Shown piece after piece: positions 10,502 to 19,897 of a DNA stretch of 64,000 nt. Every line of letters begins with the position of its first letter. Position 1 is the stretch's first letter. Origin of the DNA: Alphaproteobacteria bacterium (GTDB lineage Bacteria > Pseudomonadota > Alphaproteobacteria > MPNO01 > UBA830). The DNA is taken from NCBI GenBank assembly GCA_965243135.1, contig OZ251539.1, forward strand, positions 4,800,001-4,864,000, in the 5' to 3' direction. A model generated the notes under the pieces. The model was given only the letters and a program-made list of their open reading frames with translations. It had not been told where the DNA came from and made no database searches. Both the position numbers and the translations under genes were made by a program.

Positions 10502-12418
10502 GTGCGCCGTGGAAAGGCGCTTTCTTCTGGTGGGTGCGAATCCCACCCAACAACTGTCGTTCCGGTTGGTAGCAGCCAGGGCGGTTTACGGAGGTAACGA
10601 TGTAGGCTGAAGCACTCTGGAAATGGGCGGCGAAGGCCGCTCAGCGAACATGCGGGCCGAAACGCGAGTGAACCAGGCCTCGAAACATGTAATGCGGAAG
10701 CTGACCCTCCGGAAACTAGGGGAAAGCCGCCGACGGTCGGGAAGAGAACGACAAGAGCACCGACCGTTTCCGCCGGGGTAATGATGTCGGCACGCATGAA
10801 AGATGAAGGAAGCAGCAACACGGGAAGCCCTGTCGGTGACGCGCATGAGTCAACCGGAACCCCGCGAGGGGCAGGCCGGGCCGGCAGGGTGGCGGAGAGG
10901 CCCGTAGTACCGGAGAAGCCGGGTAATGCCGGTGGAGGAAAGGGGCCTTGGGTCGAGAGAAGCGTTGGAAGGAAGAAAGGACCTGGCAAAAGCCTAGCAG
11001 CCTCGGAGAAAGTTCGGAGACTCCAGACAACGTTACAAGCGAAGGAATCCCCGAGCCTTCGGTTCTACTCGCTATGCGACAAGGTATGGAGCTACGAAGT
11101 GCTGTTCACTGCCTGGCAGGACGTCCGTCGAAACAGAGGGACCGCCGGGACGGACGGAACGACGATAGCGAATATCGAAGCGCAAGGAGTGGACCAATGG
11201 CTTGAGGAACTGGCACGGGACTTGAAAGAAGGAACCTACCGACCGACCGCGGTACGGCAAGTTCTGATCCCAAAGAAACAGCGCGGAAAATTCCGGCCCC
11301 TGGGCATCCCCTGCATACGGGACAGGGTGGCGCAAACGGCGGCGATGCTCGTCGCCGATCTTCGAAGCCGACCTGCAACCGGAGCAGTATGCCTACAGAC
11401 CGGAAAGAGGCGCACTCGACGCGGTCAATCGGGTGCACCAGTTGCTGAGACAAGGCCACCACGAGGTGGTGGACGCGGACCTGTCCGACTACTTCGGCCC
11501 CTCATGCGGAACTGATGAAGTCCGTCGCCCGTCGCGTAAGCGATGGACGAATGCTGGGCATGGCTGGAAATGGCGGTGGAAGAGGACGACGGCAAAGGCG
11601 GCAAACGCCGCACGAACCGGGCGCGTAGGGAAAGGAAAGGCACTCCGCAAGGAGCACCGATCTCCCCTTTACTCAGCAACATCTACATGCGTCGTTTCAT
11701 TCTGGGCTGGAAGGTATTGGGCTACGCTCGAAACTTCTGCGCGAAGATCGTCAACTGGACAGCGTAGTGCTCGGCAAAGCGCCGGCCAGCAAGATGCTGG
11801 CGGCAGTCGAAGCACTCATGAAAAGGTTGAAACTGCCGATAAACGCGGAGAAGGCTTACAGGTACCCGAGAAACCACTGGAATACCTTGGGTACCGAATT
11901 GGACGCAACTACCGACGGAACACGGGACGATCCTATATTGGAACGCGCCCAAACCCGGCAAGCGTCCAGAGCATAAGCCAACGGATCAGTGAAATGACGG
12001 CACGAAAGAACGGACAGCTCGAACCGGACGAGATAGTAAAACGCCTCAACAGGGTAATAACTGGATGGGGAAACTATTTCGTACTGGGACAAGTTAGCCC
12101 CGCCTATGCCGCCGTCGATCGACACGCAACCCGTCGGCTGCGCCAATGGCTCTGTCGCAAGCACAAGGTGCGTAAAGGAAAGTATGCGCGCTTTCCAGAC
12201 AAATACCTATACGAAATAGGTCTTACGCGCCTTACACCGCGAACGAAGAGCTTTCCGTGGGCGAAGGCATGATCTCGACCGAAGCGCGGGAAATCCGCAC
12301 GTCCGGTTTGACGAGCGGGGACTGGAAACGTGGCCATGGGAGCCGGACTGAGGCCCGAAGCGAAAGCGACGGAACATCCACCGGACCCTAAAGCTAACGC
12401 GCCAGTCCTCGACTCTAC
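10502..12418 (+). mobile_element. group II intron (degenerate)
   Basis: 5' end GTGCG at 10502; domain V-like GCGGGAAATCCGCACGTCCGGTTTGACGAGCGGGG at about 12286-12320; domain VI ending CTCTAC at 12418; precise excision restores the host ORF. Confidence 0.9.
10990..12272 (+). pseudogene. ltrA: group II intron reverse transcriptase/maturase, frameshifted, YADD lost
   Basis: RFYSLCDKV, RPLGIPCIRDRVAQ, VVDADLSDYF, GTPQGAPISPLLSNIY and maturase ITGWGNYF lie in different frames; KIVN is followed by WTA* where YADD is expected. Start approximate. Confidence 0.88.
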
Positions 12419-12492
12419 TCATCGTCTTTCTTCCTTGGTTGGTTACGGGGCCGGGAGTTGGACCCGATTTTCTGGCTTATGAGACCAGCGAC

Positions 12493-12969
12493 TTACCGTC
12501 TGTCTCCCCTGCGTCGCGACAATTTGCTATGTATCCATTTCGTCAAATCCGGAAACGTATCTCTTCTATCAAGCATGTTAAACACGGACCTAGGTTCCGG
12601 TTCATACTGATAGAGACAACCGGATTTGTCAGATGCTTTCACAAGCCCGATCTCATAACCTATCCACGCTGTATTGAGATCAGCGTGTCCCTTCACGACC
12701 TGCACATCGCATCGAGAGATCACATCGGCAATGTACTTCGCTAATGTCCGTTCGTCCTGCTCTGCGGTCATAATATGCTGAGACGGCAGGCTGTATTTCG
12801 ATTTCATCCATTCTCGATATGCCTGCGCCGAGGAGCCGACGATCTTGTTTGTCTTCGGATCCCAAATAGCGCTGTAGACCTTGAAACCCTCATCTCTCAT
12901 TTTCGAGACAAGGATTGGCGCATCTCCATCTTGGGTACGGTGCGTCAGAAAAACATTGTAGCGTTCCAT
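12493..12969 (-). CDS. TIR-like domain protein
   Basis: N-terminal YNVFLTH (TIR beta-A), AWIGYEIG (W..E catalytic helix); strong RBS GGAGGAG; open frame of 158 aa. Confidence 0.7.
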   Translation of the reverse strand: MERYNVFLTHRTQDGDAPILVSKMRDEGFKVYSAIWDPKTNKIVGSSAQAYREWMKSKYSLPSQHIMTAEQDERTLAKYIADVISRCDVQVVKGHADLNTAWIGYEIGLVKASDKSGCLYQYEPEPRSVFNMLDRRDTFPDLTKWIHSKLSRRRGDRR

Positions 12970-12990
12970 CTCGGTCTCCTCCCTTTCTCT

Positions 12991-13195
12991 GGTACATCCC
13001 CGCGGGTGCGGGGAACGCTCGCGGAAACGCGCCCTGTTGCATCATTTCGGAGCTACATCCCCGCGGGTGCGGGGAACGCTGGTATCCCGACAGCGCGACG
13101 GCGGCTTTCGACGCTACGTCCCCGCGGGTGCGGGGAATGCGCCCGATCGTCGCCGCGCACGAACGGCCCGTCGGGTACATCCCCGCGGGGAAAGC
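12991..13195 (-). CRISPR. orphan type I-E-like mini-array, 4 repeats / 3 spacers
   Basis: 28-bp repeats at 12991, 13052, 13113, 13174 (61-bp period, 33-bp unique spacers); minus-strand consensus GCGTTCCCCGCACCCGCGGGGATGTA(C/G)C resembles I-E repeats; repeat at 13174 internally deleted; no cas genes in window. Confidence 0.9.
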
Positions 13196-13379
13196 TGACG
13201 AATCACGCGTCAGCGGTCGTCGTCGCCGAACTTCACGTCCGACGCTTCGGCGTAGAACACCGAACGTTCCGCGCCGGGCGCGTGGTGTACGGCGCAAATG
13301 CCCCGAAAATGCGTTATACTGCATCGCGCTTATCTAAAAGGCCTCTCCTTCGCCGAGGGGAAGGGGGGCAAAGGGGGGC

Positions 13380-16300
13380 ATGGCGATGGCTTTGAAACAT
13401 TTGCGCGCCGCGGTTGTCTGCGCGGCGTTTCCGCTCTTCCTTCCCGCGCCGGACGAGGCGCGGGCACAGGCGGCTTACGAATGCCAGGCTTCGGGGCAGC
13501 CCAACAACGCAGGGGCGATCTCCTGCGCGGACCAGGCGTGGACGAGCGGCATCGCGCACGCTATCAGCTCCTCCGCCGCGTCTCTCTCGCTCACCGTCGG
13601 AGGCGGCGCAGCGACCACGGTCACGGCAGCTAACGCTAACGCAGGCATCGGGCTGGGGACTGGATCCTCGACCTCCGCCGTCGGCGACCTGACCCTCACG
13701 GTCGGCAGCGCGGGCGAGGTCGCGGTTGTGGAGGACAGCCTCGCGAGCCACGGCATCCATATGCTTCAGCGAGGCGGCGGCGCGACCACGGCGGACGTCA
13801 GGAGCGGCGTCACGATCGGAACCGCGACCACTCCGCTGAGGAATCGCGGCATCTCTCTCGAGCTGAACAGGGACGCCGCCAACAGAGGCGGCGGCGCAGC
13901 GAGCCTGACGAGCGGGGCCGCGATCCATGCCGCCCACCAAGGGCTTTACGTCTGGAGGTCGTCCACTGCCCAGACCGGCGCGGCGACGACCATCGTCAAC
14001 ACGGGCGCCATCAGCTCGGGCGTCGGCAACGCTGCCAGCACCCAAACGGGCAACCTTCGGCCGCACGGCATCGTTCTCAGCGTCGAGACGCCCGACGACG
14101 GCAGCAGCGACGGCGACGCCAAGATCACCAATTCGGGCGGCATTACGGTCTCGGGCGGCTATGACGGCATCCGCATGAACTACGACGCCTTCGGCGACGC
14201 CGAGGTGGACAACCGGGTCGGCGGAGACATCACGGCGACGGCGGCGGGCGGAAGGGGCATCGCGCTCCTGTACAGCCAGAGTTCCGGCACCGCAAGGATC
14301 AAGAACGCCGCCACCATCAACGCGGCCGGCGACGCCGCCGAGGACGACGACGATAGCGGCGCCATCTACCTGAAAAATAGCGGCGCCAGCGCCAGCGCCG
14401 TATTCATCGAGAACAGCGGCGACGTCACGGCGACGGCCGCCAGCGCCATCTATACGTATGCGCAAAACGGGGCCGTCAGCGTGACCAACAGCGGGGATCT
14501 TTCGGCGTCGGGGGAGGGGGGTCGCGGGATCCACGTGTGGAACGAGGGCGACGGTGCCGTGACGGTCACGAGCAGCGGCGGCGAGATCGAGTCGGCGGCT
14601 GCGGAAGGCCTCTATGTTCTAAGCGAAGACACGGGCAACGGTCAGGTGAAGATCACCCAAGCCGGGGCGATTCGGGGCCGCACGGGCGTTTACGCCCAAG
14701 TGGCGCACAGCACCACCGCCGCGACGGTCGCGCAGCGGGCGGCGACGGACCAACCGCTGATCGACATCGCCTGGACGGGCGCGTCCGGGAAGACCGCCGC
14801 GACCGCTTCCGACGACACTGGTCGTTTCGCTGCGACCGCCCTTGACCGGGCGGCCGTCGACGTCCATCGAGGAGCCGTGGTCGAGAAGGTTACGCGCTAC
14901 GGTCAGGCGGCGGGAATCGAGGCGCGGATCATGAGCATCGGCGATGTGGCGACCTTCGTGGCGAATGGCGACGACCCGTTGGAACTAATGAGCCAGGACG
15001 CCCAGACCGCCCTTCTGACCGGCATGAGTCCGGGCGACGTGACAGCCAGTCCGGGAACCGAGGCGCGCAAGGCAGCGATCGTGAAGCAGTTCCGGAAACT
15101 GGTCGAAGCTGAGGATTTCGTATCGATTACCGACCGGGACGACATCGACAACAATCCGAAGGACGGAACTTACGAGGACGAAGAGATCCTGAACTGGTTG
15201 GGATTTAACAGCCCCGAACGCCGGACTTTCTTGCGCGATCTCCTTCGGCAAGGACTTTCCGAGGGCGTAGACGAGAACGTAGACGAGGGCGAAAAAAAGA
15301 TTCTCGAGGAGCTGACGACGGGAGGCAACCTGGGCCCGTTGTTTGACCTCCTGCCCACCTTCCAAGGTGTCTCCTGGTACAGCGATGCTTGGAAAGAGGG
15401 TGTGCGGGCGTTTCTGCGCCGGTACAATGTCGGGAATATCCGCATCTCGGTGAACGCTGGCGACATCTCCTCTCGGGGCGACGGAATCCGCGCCTACTAC
15501 GCGACGCCCCACCCGAACAACGGGGCCATCTCCATCACCGTCGCCGCTGGCGCGAGCGTGACCGGCGGCAAAGCGGGCATCTGGGTCGCCAACGCCGGCA
15601 GCTACGACGAGAACGACGGCCTCAACGCCGGATTGCACAAGCAGCACGTCACGGTGCATGGCACGGTGAGGGGCGGAACTGACGCGGCCGTGCATCTGGT
15701 GGGCGGCGGCTTCCTCACCGTCGGAGAAACAGGCGAGATCCGTGCCGGCCAGTCCGGGAAGGCGATCCTAGTCAACGATCCGGGACCGGCGCGGATCGTC
15801 ATCAACGGCTTGGTGCGCGGCGGTGTCGGCGCTGGTGCCAACGCGGTACCCGCGGTGAATCTGACCGGTGCCGGTCACAGTCTGACGATCGGCCTGACGG
15901 GAAGAGTGGTGCTCAATGAAGGGGCCGAACTTGCGATCCGCGGCGACGGCACGGACGTGATTATCTACGTCCTTCGCGATCCCAGAGAAGTGCAAGATTG
16001 GATCTCGCGGCAGAGCGCCGAAAAAGCCGTGAGGCGGGGGCTGGGGGTGACGGGCCTCATCATCGGTGATGGAACCACGAGCACCACCTTCACCGAGTGG
16101 GAAGAGGGGGTGAATGGACCGATGAGAACAGGCTTCAGAGAGCCCGTTCCTTTGGTGAAGGGCAGACCGGATACGTTGGAGTTGGATCCCTGGAGGCTCC
16201 GCGATAACGGCGGCGGAGACGGAGGCGACGGAAACCAAGGCGGCGGAGACGGAGGCGACGGAAACCAAGGCGGCGGAGACGGAGGCCGCGACCGGCCGCG

Positions 16301-17213
16301 TCCGTTCAGCTGCTACCAGGTTGAACGATGCAGGCTATACGAGGCGCTGCCTTCGATCCTCTTGGCGATGAACGCGCCGGCGACCCGGGACGAACGTCTG
16401 GCGGCGGCGCGCAGCGGCAACGGCGTATGGACTCGGATCCACCTCTCCGACGGCAGGTCGAAGGTCGAATCCTCGACGCGGCCGGACGTCGCCTACGACA
16501 AGCAGCGGAACGGCGTGCGCGCAGGGATCGAAACCGCGATCGCGGACAGCTTGCGAGTCGGCGGGTCGATTCACGGCTTTCGCGGCGTGGCGACGCTGTC
16601 CGGGGGAAACGAGGCGAAACTGTCGAGCGCCGGAGCGGGAGCTTATCTCACGGCGCTGGCGGGCGGTTTCCACTGGGACATGCAGGCGACGGCGACGCGG
16701 TACGAGGCGGACCTGAAGTCGCCGCTCCTCCGTCGCCAACCGCTGGCAAGCGACGTGTCGGGAACGGGTTACGCCATGACCGTGGAAGTGGGGCGGCGCA
16801 TGACGACGGCGCCGGACGTTTCCGTCACGCCGCGCGTCGGGCTCGTCTGGTCGCGGGTTTCCCTTGACGACTTCACGGACTCGGTCCGCAGTACCGCTGT
16901 ATCGGTGGAGTCGGCGGAGAGCATGTCGGGCCGCGCCGGCGCGGCGATGGAGGCGTCGCTCGGCGAAACCGTAAACGGCCGGATGTTCGCCACGTTCGAC
17001 GTGCAGCATGCGTTCTCGACCGAAATGGAGACCGTGGTGGAGGAAGAGGTGCTGAAGACGACGACGACCGAGCGGACGTCGGTGCGCTTCGGGCTTGGCG
17101 GCTCGTTCGACCTCGACGACGCCACGTCGCTTCGGGTCTCGGCCGATTACATGCGAGCGGGCGGCGGCAACCGCGAACTCGGCGGCAGCGTGAACCTGAC
17201 CTTCCAATTCTGA
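13380..17213 (+). CDS. autotransporter (type V secretion), Gly/Ala/Thr/Asn-rich passenger and C-terminal beta-barrel
   Basis: Signal peptide ..ARA-Q; repeated I.N.G.I motifs; barrel with VTPRVGLVWS; ends VNLTFQF. Confidence 0.9.
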   Translation: MAMALKHLRAAVVCAAFPLFLPAPDEARAQAAYECQASGQPNNAGAISCADQAWTSGIAHAISSSAASLSLTVGGGAATTVTAANANAGIGLGTGSSTSAVGDLTLTVGSAGEVAVVEDSLASHGIHMLQRGGGATTADVRSGVTIGTATTPLRNRGISLELNRDAANRGGGAASLTSGAAIHAAHQGLYVWRSSTAQTGAATTIVNTGAISSGVGNAASTQTGNLRPHGIVLSVETPDDGSSDGDAKITNSGGITVSGGYDGIRMNYDAFGDAEVDNRVGGDITATAAGGRGIALLYSQSSGTARIKNAATINAAGDAAEDDDDSGAIYLKNSGASASAVFIENSGDVTATAASAIYTYAQNGAVSVTNSGDLSASGEGGRGIHVWNEGDGAVTVTSSGGEIESAAAEGLYVLSEDTGNGQVKITQAGAIRGRTGVYAQVAHSTTAATVAQRAATDQPLIDIAWTGASGKTAATASDDTGRFAATALDRAAVDVHRGAVVEKVTRYGQAAGIEARIMSIGDVATFVANGDDPLELMSQDAQTALLTGMSPGDVTASPGTEARKAAIVKQFRKLVEAEDFVSITDRDDIDNNPKDGTYEDEEILNWLGFNSPERRTFLRDLLRQGLSEGVDENVDEGEKKILEELTTGGNLGPLFDLLPTFQGVSWYSDAWKEGVRAFLRRYNVGNIRISVNAGDISSRGDGIRAYYATPHPNNGAISITVAAGASVTGGKAGIWVANAGSYDENDGLNAGLHKQHVTVHGTVRGGTDAAVHLVGGGFLTVGETGEIRAGQSGKAILVNDPGPARIVINGLVRGGVGAGANAVPAVNLTGAGHSLTIGLTGRVVLNEGAELAIRGDGTDVIIYVLRDPREVQDWISRQSAEKAVRRGLGVTGLIIGDGTTSTTFTEWEEGVNGPMRTGFREPVPLVKGRPDTLELDPWRLRDNGGGDGGDGNQGGGDGGDGNQGGGDGGRDRPRPFSCYQVERCRLYEALPSILLAMNAPATRDERLAAARSGNGVWTRIHLSDGRSKVESSTRPDVAYDKQRNGVRAGIETAIADSLRVGGSIHGFRGVATLSGGNEAKLSSAGAGAYLTALAGGFHWDMQATATRYEADLKSPLLRRQPLASDVSGTGYAMTVEVGRRMTTAPDVSVTPRVGLVWSRVSLDDFTDSVRSTAVSVESAESMSGRAGAAMEASLGETVNGRMFATFDVQHAFSTEMETVVEEEVLKTTTTERTSVRFGLGGSFDLDDATSLRVSADYMRAGGGNRELGGSVNLTFQF
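16209..16286 (+). repeat. 30-bp in-frame tandem repeat (about 2.6 copies) encoding GGGDGGDGNQ linker
   Basis: GGCGGCGGAGACGGAGGCGACGGAAACCAA at 16209 and 16239, partial at 16269. Confidence 0.9.
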
Positions 17214-17540
17214 CGGGGCTGCTAGCGGCGAATGCGCGGCGCTTTTCCGCTGTCCGGCCCGCGCCCGGAACGCGTCCCGCGGCGCATCCGGCGCTGCAGG
17301 TTCCGCCGCGAAAAGCTTGGTTTGAGGCGTTGCGGGGTCGGCCTCCCGGACGGGACCGGCAGGAAAATGCGGCCCTCGTTTGGCGGACTTTCGCGGACAA
17401 GCGCGTTCGAACTCGACGAAGCGCCTGATTCGGAAAACGGAACTCACGCGCGAACATGCTCGATCTTGACGAGAAACGTTCGCCTGCGGAGTTCGCCGAA
17501 AGGAAGATGACATGCGCGGAGCGACAAAAGGGATAGCAAG

Positions 17541-17928
17541 ATGAAGACGTGCAACTTGTTTATCAGCCACTCGTGGACATACGGGAACGCATATCGGAGA
17601 CTTGTGCTCGATTCCAGAAGTTATTTTCGTTACAGGAATTATTCCGTGCCGAAGGACGATCCCGTACATAATGCGGGAACGGACAGGATGTTTGCGATCC
17701 GGAAGAAAATTTCGCCGTGCAGCGCAGTATTGATGCTTGCAGGCGTCTACTCCACTTAATGGATAAACAAGGAAATCGCGCAAGAAAGAGTTCCTTAATC
17801 CGAAACCAATAATCGCGATAGAGCCTTGGGGAAGCAAAAAGACGTCTCGGGTTGTCAAGGACAACGCGGACAGGATAGTGAAGTGGAATAAAGACAGTGT
17901 CGTGCGCGCCATAAGGGAATTGCGCTGA
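17541..17928 (+). pseudogene. MTH538/ThsB-like TIR protein (DUF1863-like), frameshifted
   Basis: NLFISHSW, NYSVPKDDP, LAGVYST*, then WINKEI and KPIIAIEPWGS..VKDNADRIVKWN..VVRAIREL* in other frames. Confidence 0.85.
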
Positions 17929-17942
17929 CGGAGGGCGGAAGA

Positions 17943-18413
17943 ATGGACGACGACAAGGATGCGGGAGGCGGCGAGCGCGAATTGCTCGAGATATACAAGC
18001 TTCACGTCGAGATGACGGATCGGGTAAGCCAGAGGAGAGAAGGGGCCAACAGGCTGTTCGTGACGTTGTTGAGCGCCATAGTGATTTTGGTGGCCGCCGT
18101 CATGAGATTCGGGCAAGGAACCATGCCGACGAATCTTGCGGTGGTTGTCGTCGCGGCGACGGGTTTTCTTCTGGCGGCGGCATGGTACGTCACGATCAGA
18201 TCCTACCGGCAGCTGAATACCGGAAAATTCGCGGTGATCCACGAGATGGAGGATCGGCTCCCGTTTTCGTTCTACAAGCGGGAATGGGAATTATTGGAGG
18301 AAGGAAAGAACAAGGGAAAATACTGGAAACTTACCGTTGTGGAAACGTTCGGCCCGATAATTTTTGCGATATTGTTTGCCGCAATCGGCATATTGTCGCT
18401 CTGCGGGCATTGA
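17943..18413 (+). CDS. small 3-TM membrane protein, RipA/octameric-membrane-protein-like
   Basis: YKLHVEMTDRVSQRR..AN, IRSYRQLNTGKFAVIHEMEDRLP, Y.REW; three hydrophobic segments; family name from recall. Confidence 0.75.
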   Translation: MDDDKDAGGGERELLEIYKLHVEMTDRVSQRREGANRLFVTLLSAIVILVAAVMRFGQGTMPTNLAVVVVAATGFLLAAAWYVTIRSYRQLNTGKFAVIHEMEDRLPFSFYKREWELLEEGKNKGKYWKLTVVETFGPIIFAILFAAIGILSLCGH

Positions 18414-19528
18414 GAGGCTGGCTGCCGCGACATGCGCCGTGAAATTTTTCGCTTTGCGCTTGCGCGGAAGGTTCGCCGGAAATGCCGGCCAACGGCCGCC
18501 TTCGCCGGGGATGCCCGTCCCTGCAGCGAACGCGGCGAAAGAGGAGTGCGACGGTCCTGACCGGCTGCCGTCCAGGGCGCTTCCGACGGCAACGGAACCG
18601 CCTCGCGCTTCCCGCGTCGAAGATTGCCAAGCCGGACGCTGTCGCCGGCCTCCCTGTCCAGCGACGTTATGCGTCCGCCGGGAAAGGAGGCGCTCCCTGT
18701 GGTCGGGCAAGCGCCGCGAAAGGAGCGCGCCTGCGACGGAACCTGCGAGACGCCTTCCGCGAAGGCAACCGACGGGCTGGACTGAGGCTACCGCGCTCCG
18801 CGCCGCCGAGCGTTGGCGAAAATCGCCGAAGTGGCAGTGGTTCGGCAACGCCGCTGTCGCCGCAACGGCGCCAGCGCCGAGCGAGCTCGGCGACATCGTG
18901 AAGGTCCCGCGTCCCGCCGGCGCCGCCCGGCCTCGGAGAACTGCGCATGCCGCGCTCCGGAGCGTGCGGCCGGTTTCGCGTCGGGGCGCGAGGTCGGCGA
19001 TCCCCGCTCTGTCCGTACGGCCGGTTTCGCCGGCTGCCGCGCCGACTCGCCGGGACTCCGGACGAAGCGGTCGAGGCCTGCCGGTCAACGACGAGAAGCC
19101 TCGACGGCGCGCCGTTCAGCCGCAAGACCGGCGCGGACGGCGTTTGCGCTTTCTCCGAGCGGCGGTTTCCGGCAACGCCGAGACGCCGCGCGGCCGCTCC
19201 GCGATTCGTCGCCCGTGCATCCATTGTTCCGCTCCGTCCCGCGAGACGGTCGAGTTCATCCCCCTCCGTCGCGGTCGGGGAGAAGGACCGCGGCGTTCTG
19301 GAGTTCTTTGGGCGGCTTCCGGCGTTCGCGGACGAAACCGCCGACCTGAAGCCGGAGTTTCGTCCCTGGTTCCGCGGAACGGTTTCGCGGCGATTCCCGC
19401 TGAAGTTCTCGAAAGACTTCGAGAAAAATTTTCTCCGCGAAAGCCTGCCGCCTTGGCGGGAATCGCTGCGCCATATCCGGCGATGTTGCCGAACGCGGCC
19501 TGCGGCCTTATCTTTCCCGCTCGCCTGC

Positions 19529-19602
19529 TGGGGCGTAGCCAAGCGGTAAGGCAACGGGTTTTGATCCCGTGATCCCAGGTTCGAATCCTGGCGCCCCAGC
19601 CA
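19529..19602 (+). tRNA. tRNA-Gln(TTG)
   Basis: TGGGGCGTAGCCAAGCGGTAAGGC; anticodon arm ACGGG-TTTTGAT-CCCGT; GGTTCGAATCC; 3' CCA. Confidence 0.96.
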
Positions 19603-19621
19603 CCTGCTCGCGAAGCGGAAG

Positions 19622-19897
19622 ATGCCCGAAACCGTCCTCGACGCGACCGGCCTCAGATGCCCGCTCCCGGTCCTGCGCGCGCGCAAGACGCTGCGCGGCG
19701 TGGCCCCCGGCGGCGCGCTCGAGATCCGCGCCACCGACCCGTCCGCGCCGGCGGATTTCGAGGCGTTCTGCCGCGAAGCCGGGCATACGCTGCTCGGAAT
19801 CGAGAAGACCGGCGAAGTCTACGCCATCCGGTTGAGAAAACGCGCTACATCCGGCGGTCGCGCGAGAACAGCGCCAACCCCGCCGCCAGCAGGGTGA
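19622..19897 (+). CDS. sulfurtransferase TusA/SirA family
   Basis: LDATGLRCPLPVL, ATDP motifs. Confidence 0.88.
   Translation: MPETVLDATGLRCPLPVLRARKTLRGVAPGGALEIRATDPSAPADFEAFCREAGHTLLGIEKTGEVYAIRLRKRATSGGRARTAPTPPPAG

Larger units (their letters stand above)
10015..12422 (-). pseudogene. secreted protein gene split by a group II intron and further degraded
   Basis: Removing 10502-12418 restores ATG AAG AAA CTG...: MKKLKILLAVGVLLTTSTKA-DEWDIDRYRHRMTDKE with AAGGAAG RBS; stop at 10326; a separate C-terminal fragment ..DRLFLAVYYFRKGYVYFDYDLRGTKAAYDKGCKGE* ends at 10015. Confidence 0.75.

Noticed and set aside
10781-13195. RT next to a CRISPR array read as RT-Cas1, retron or DGR
   Set aside because: The RT lies within clear group II intron ends, has a maturase domain and is pseudogenised; no cas1, msr/msd or TR/VR pair was seen.
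18414-19528. ORFs in the gap before tRNA-Gln; possible tRNA-anchored island
   Set aside because: Low-complexity translations; no integrase or duplicated tRNA 3' end was seen.
19845-19897. 53-bp convergent overlap of the TusA-like and MFS genes
   Set aside because: Short tail overlap is common in GC-rich genomes; no sign of function.
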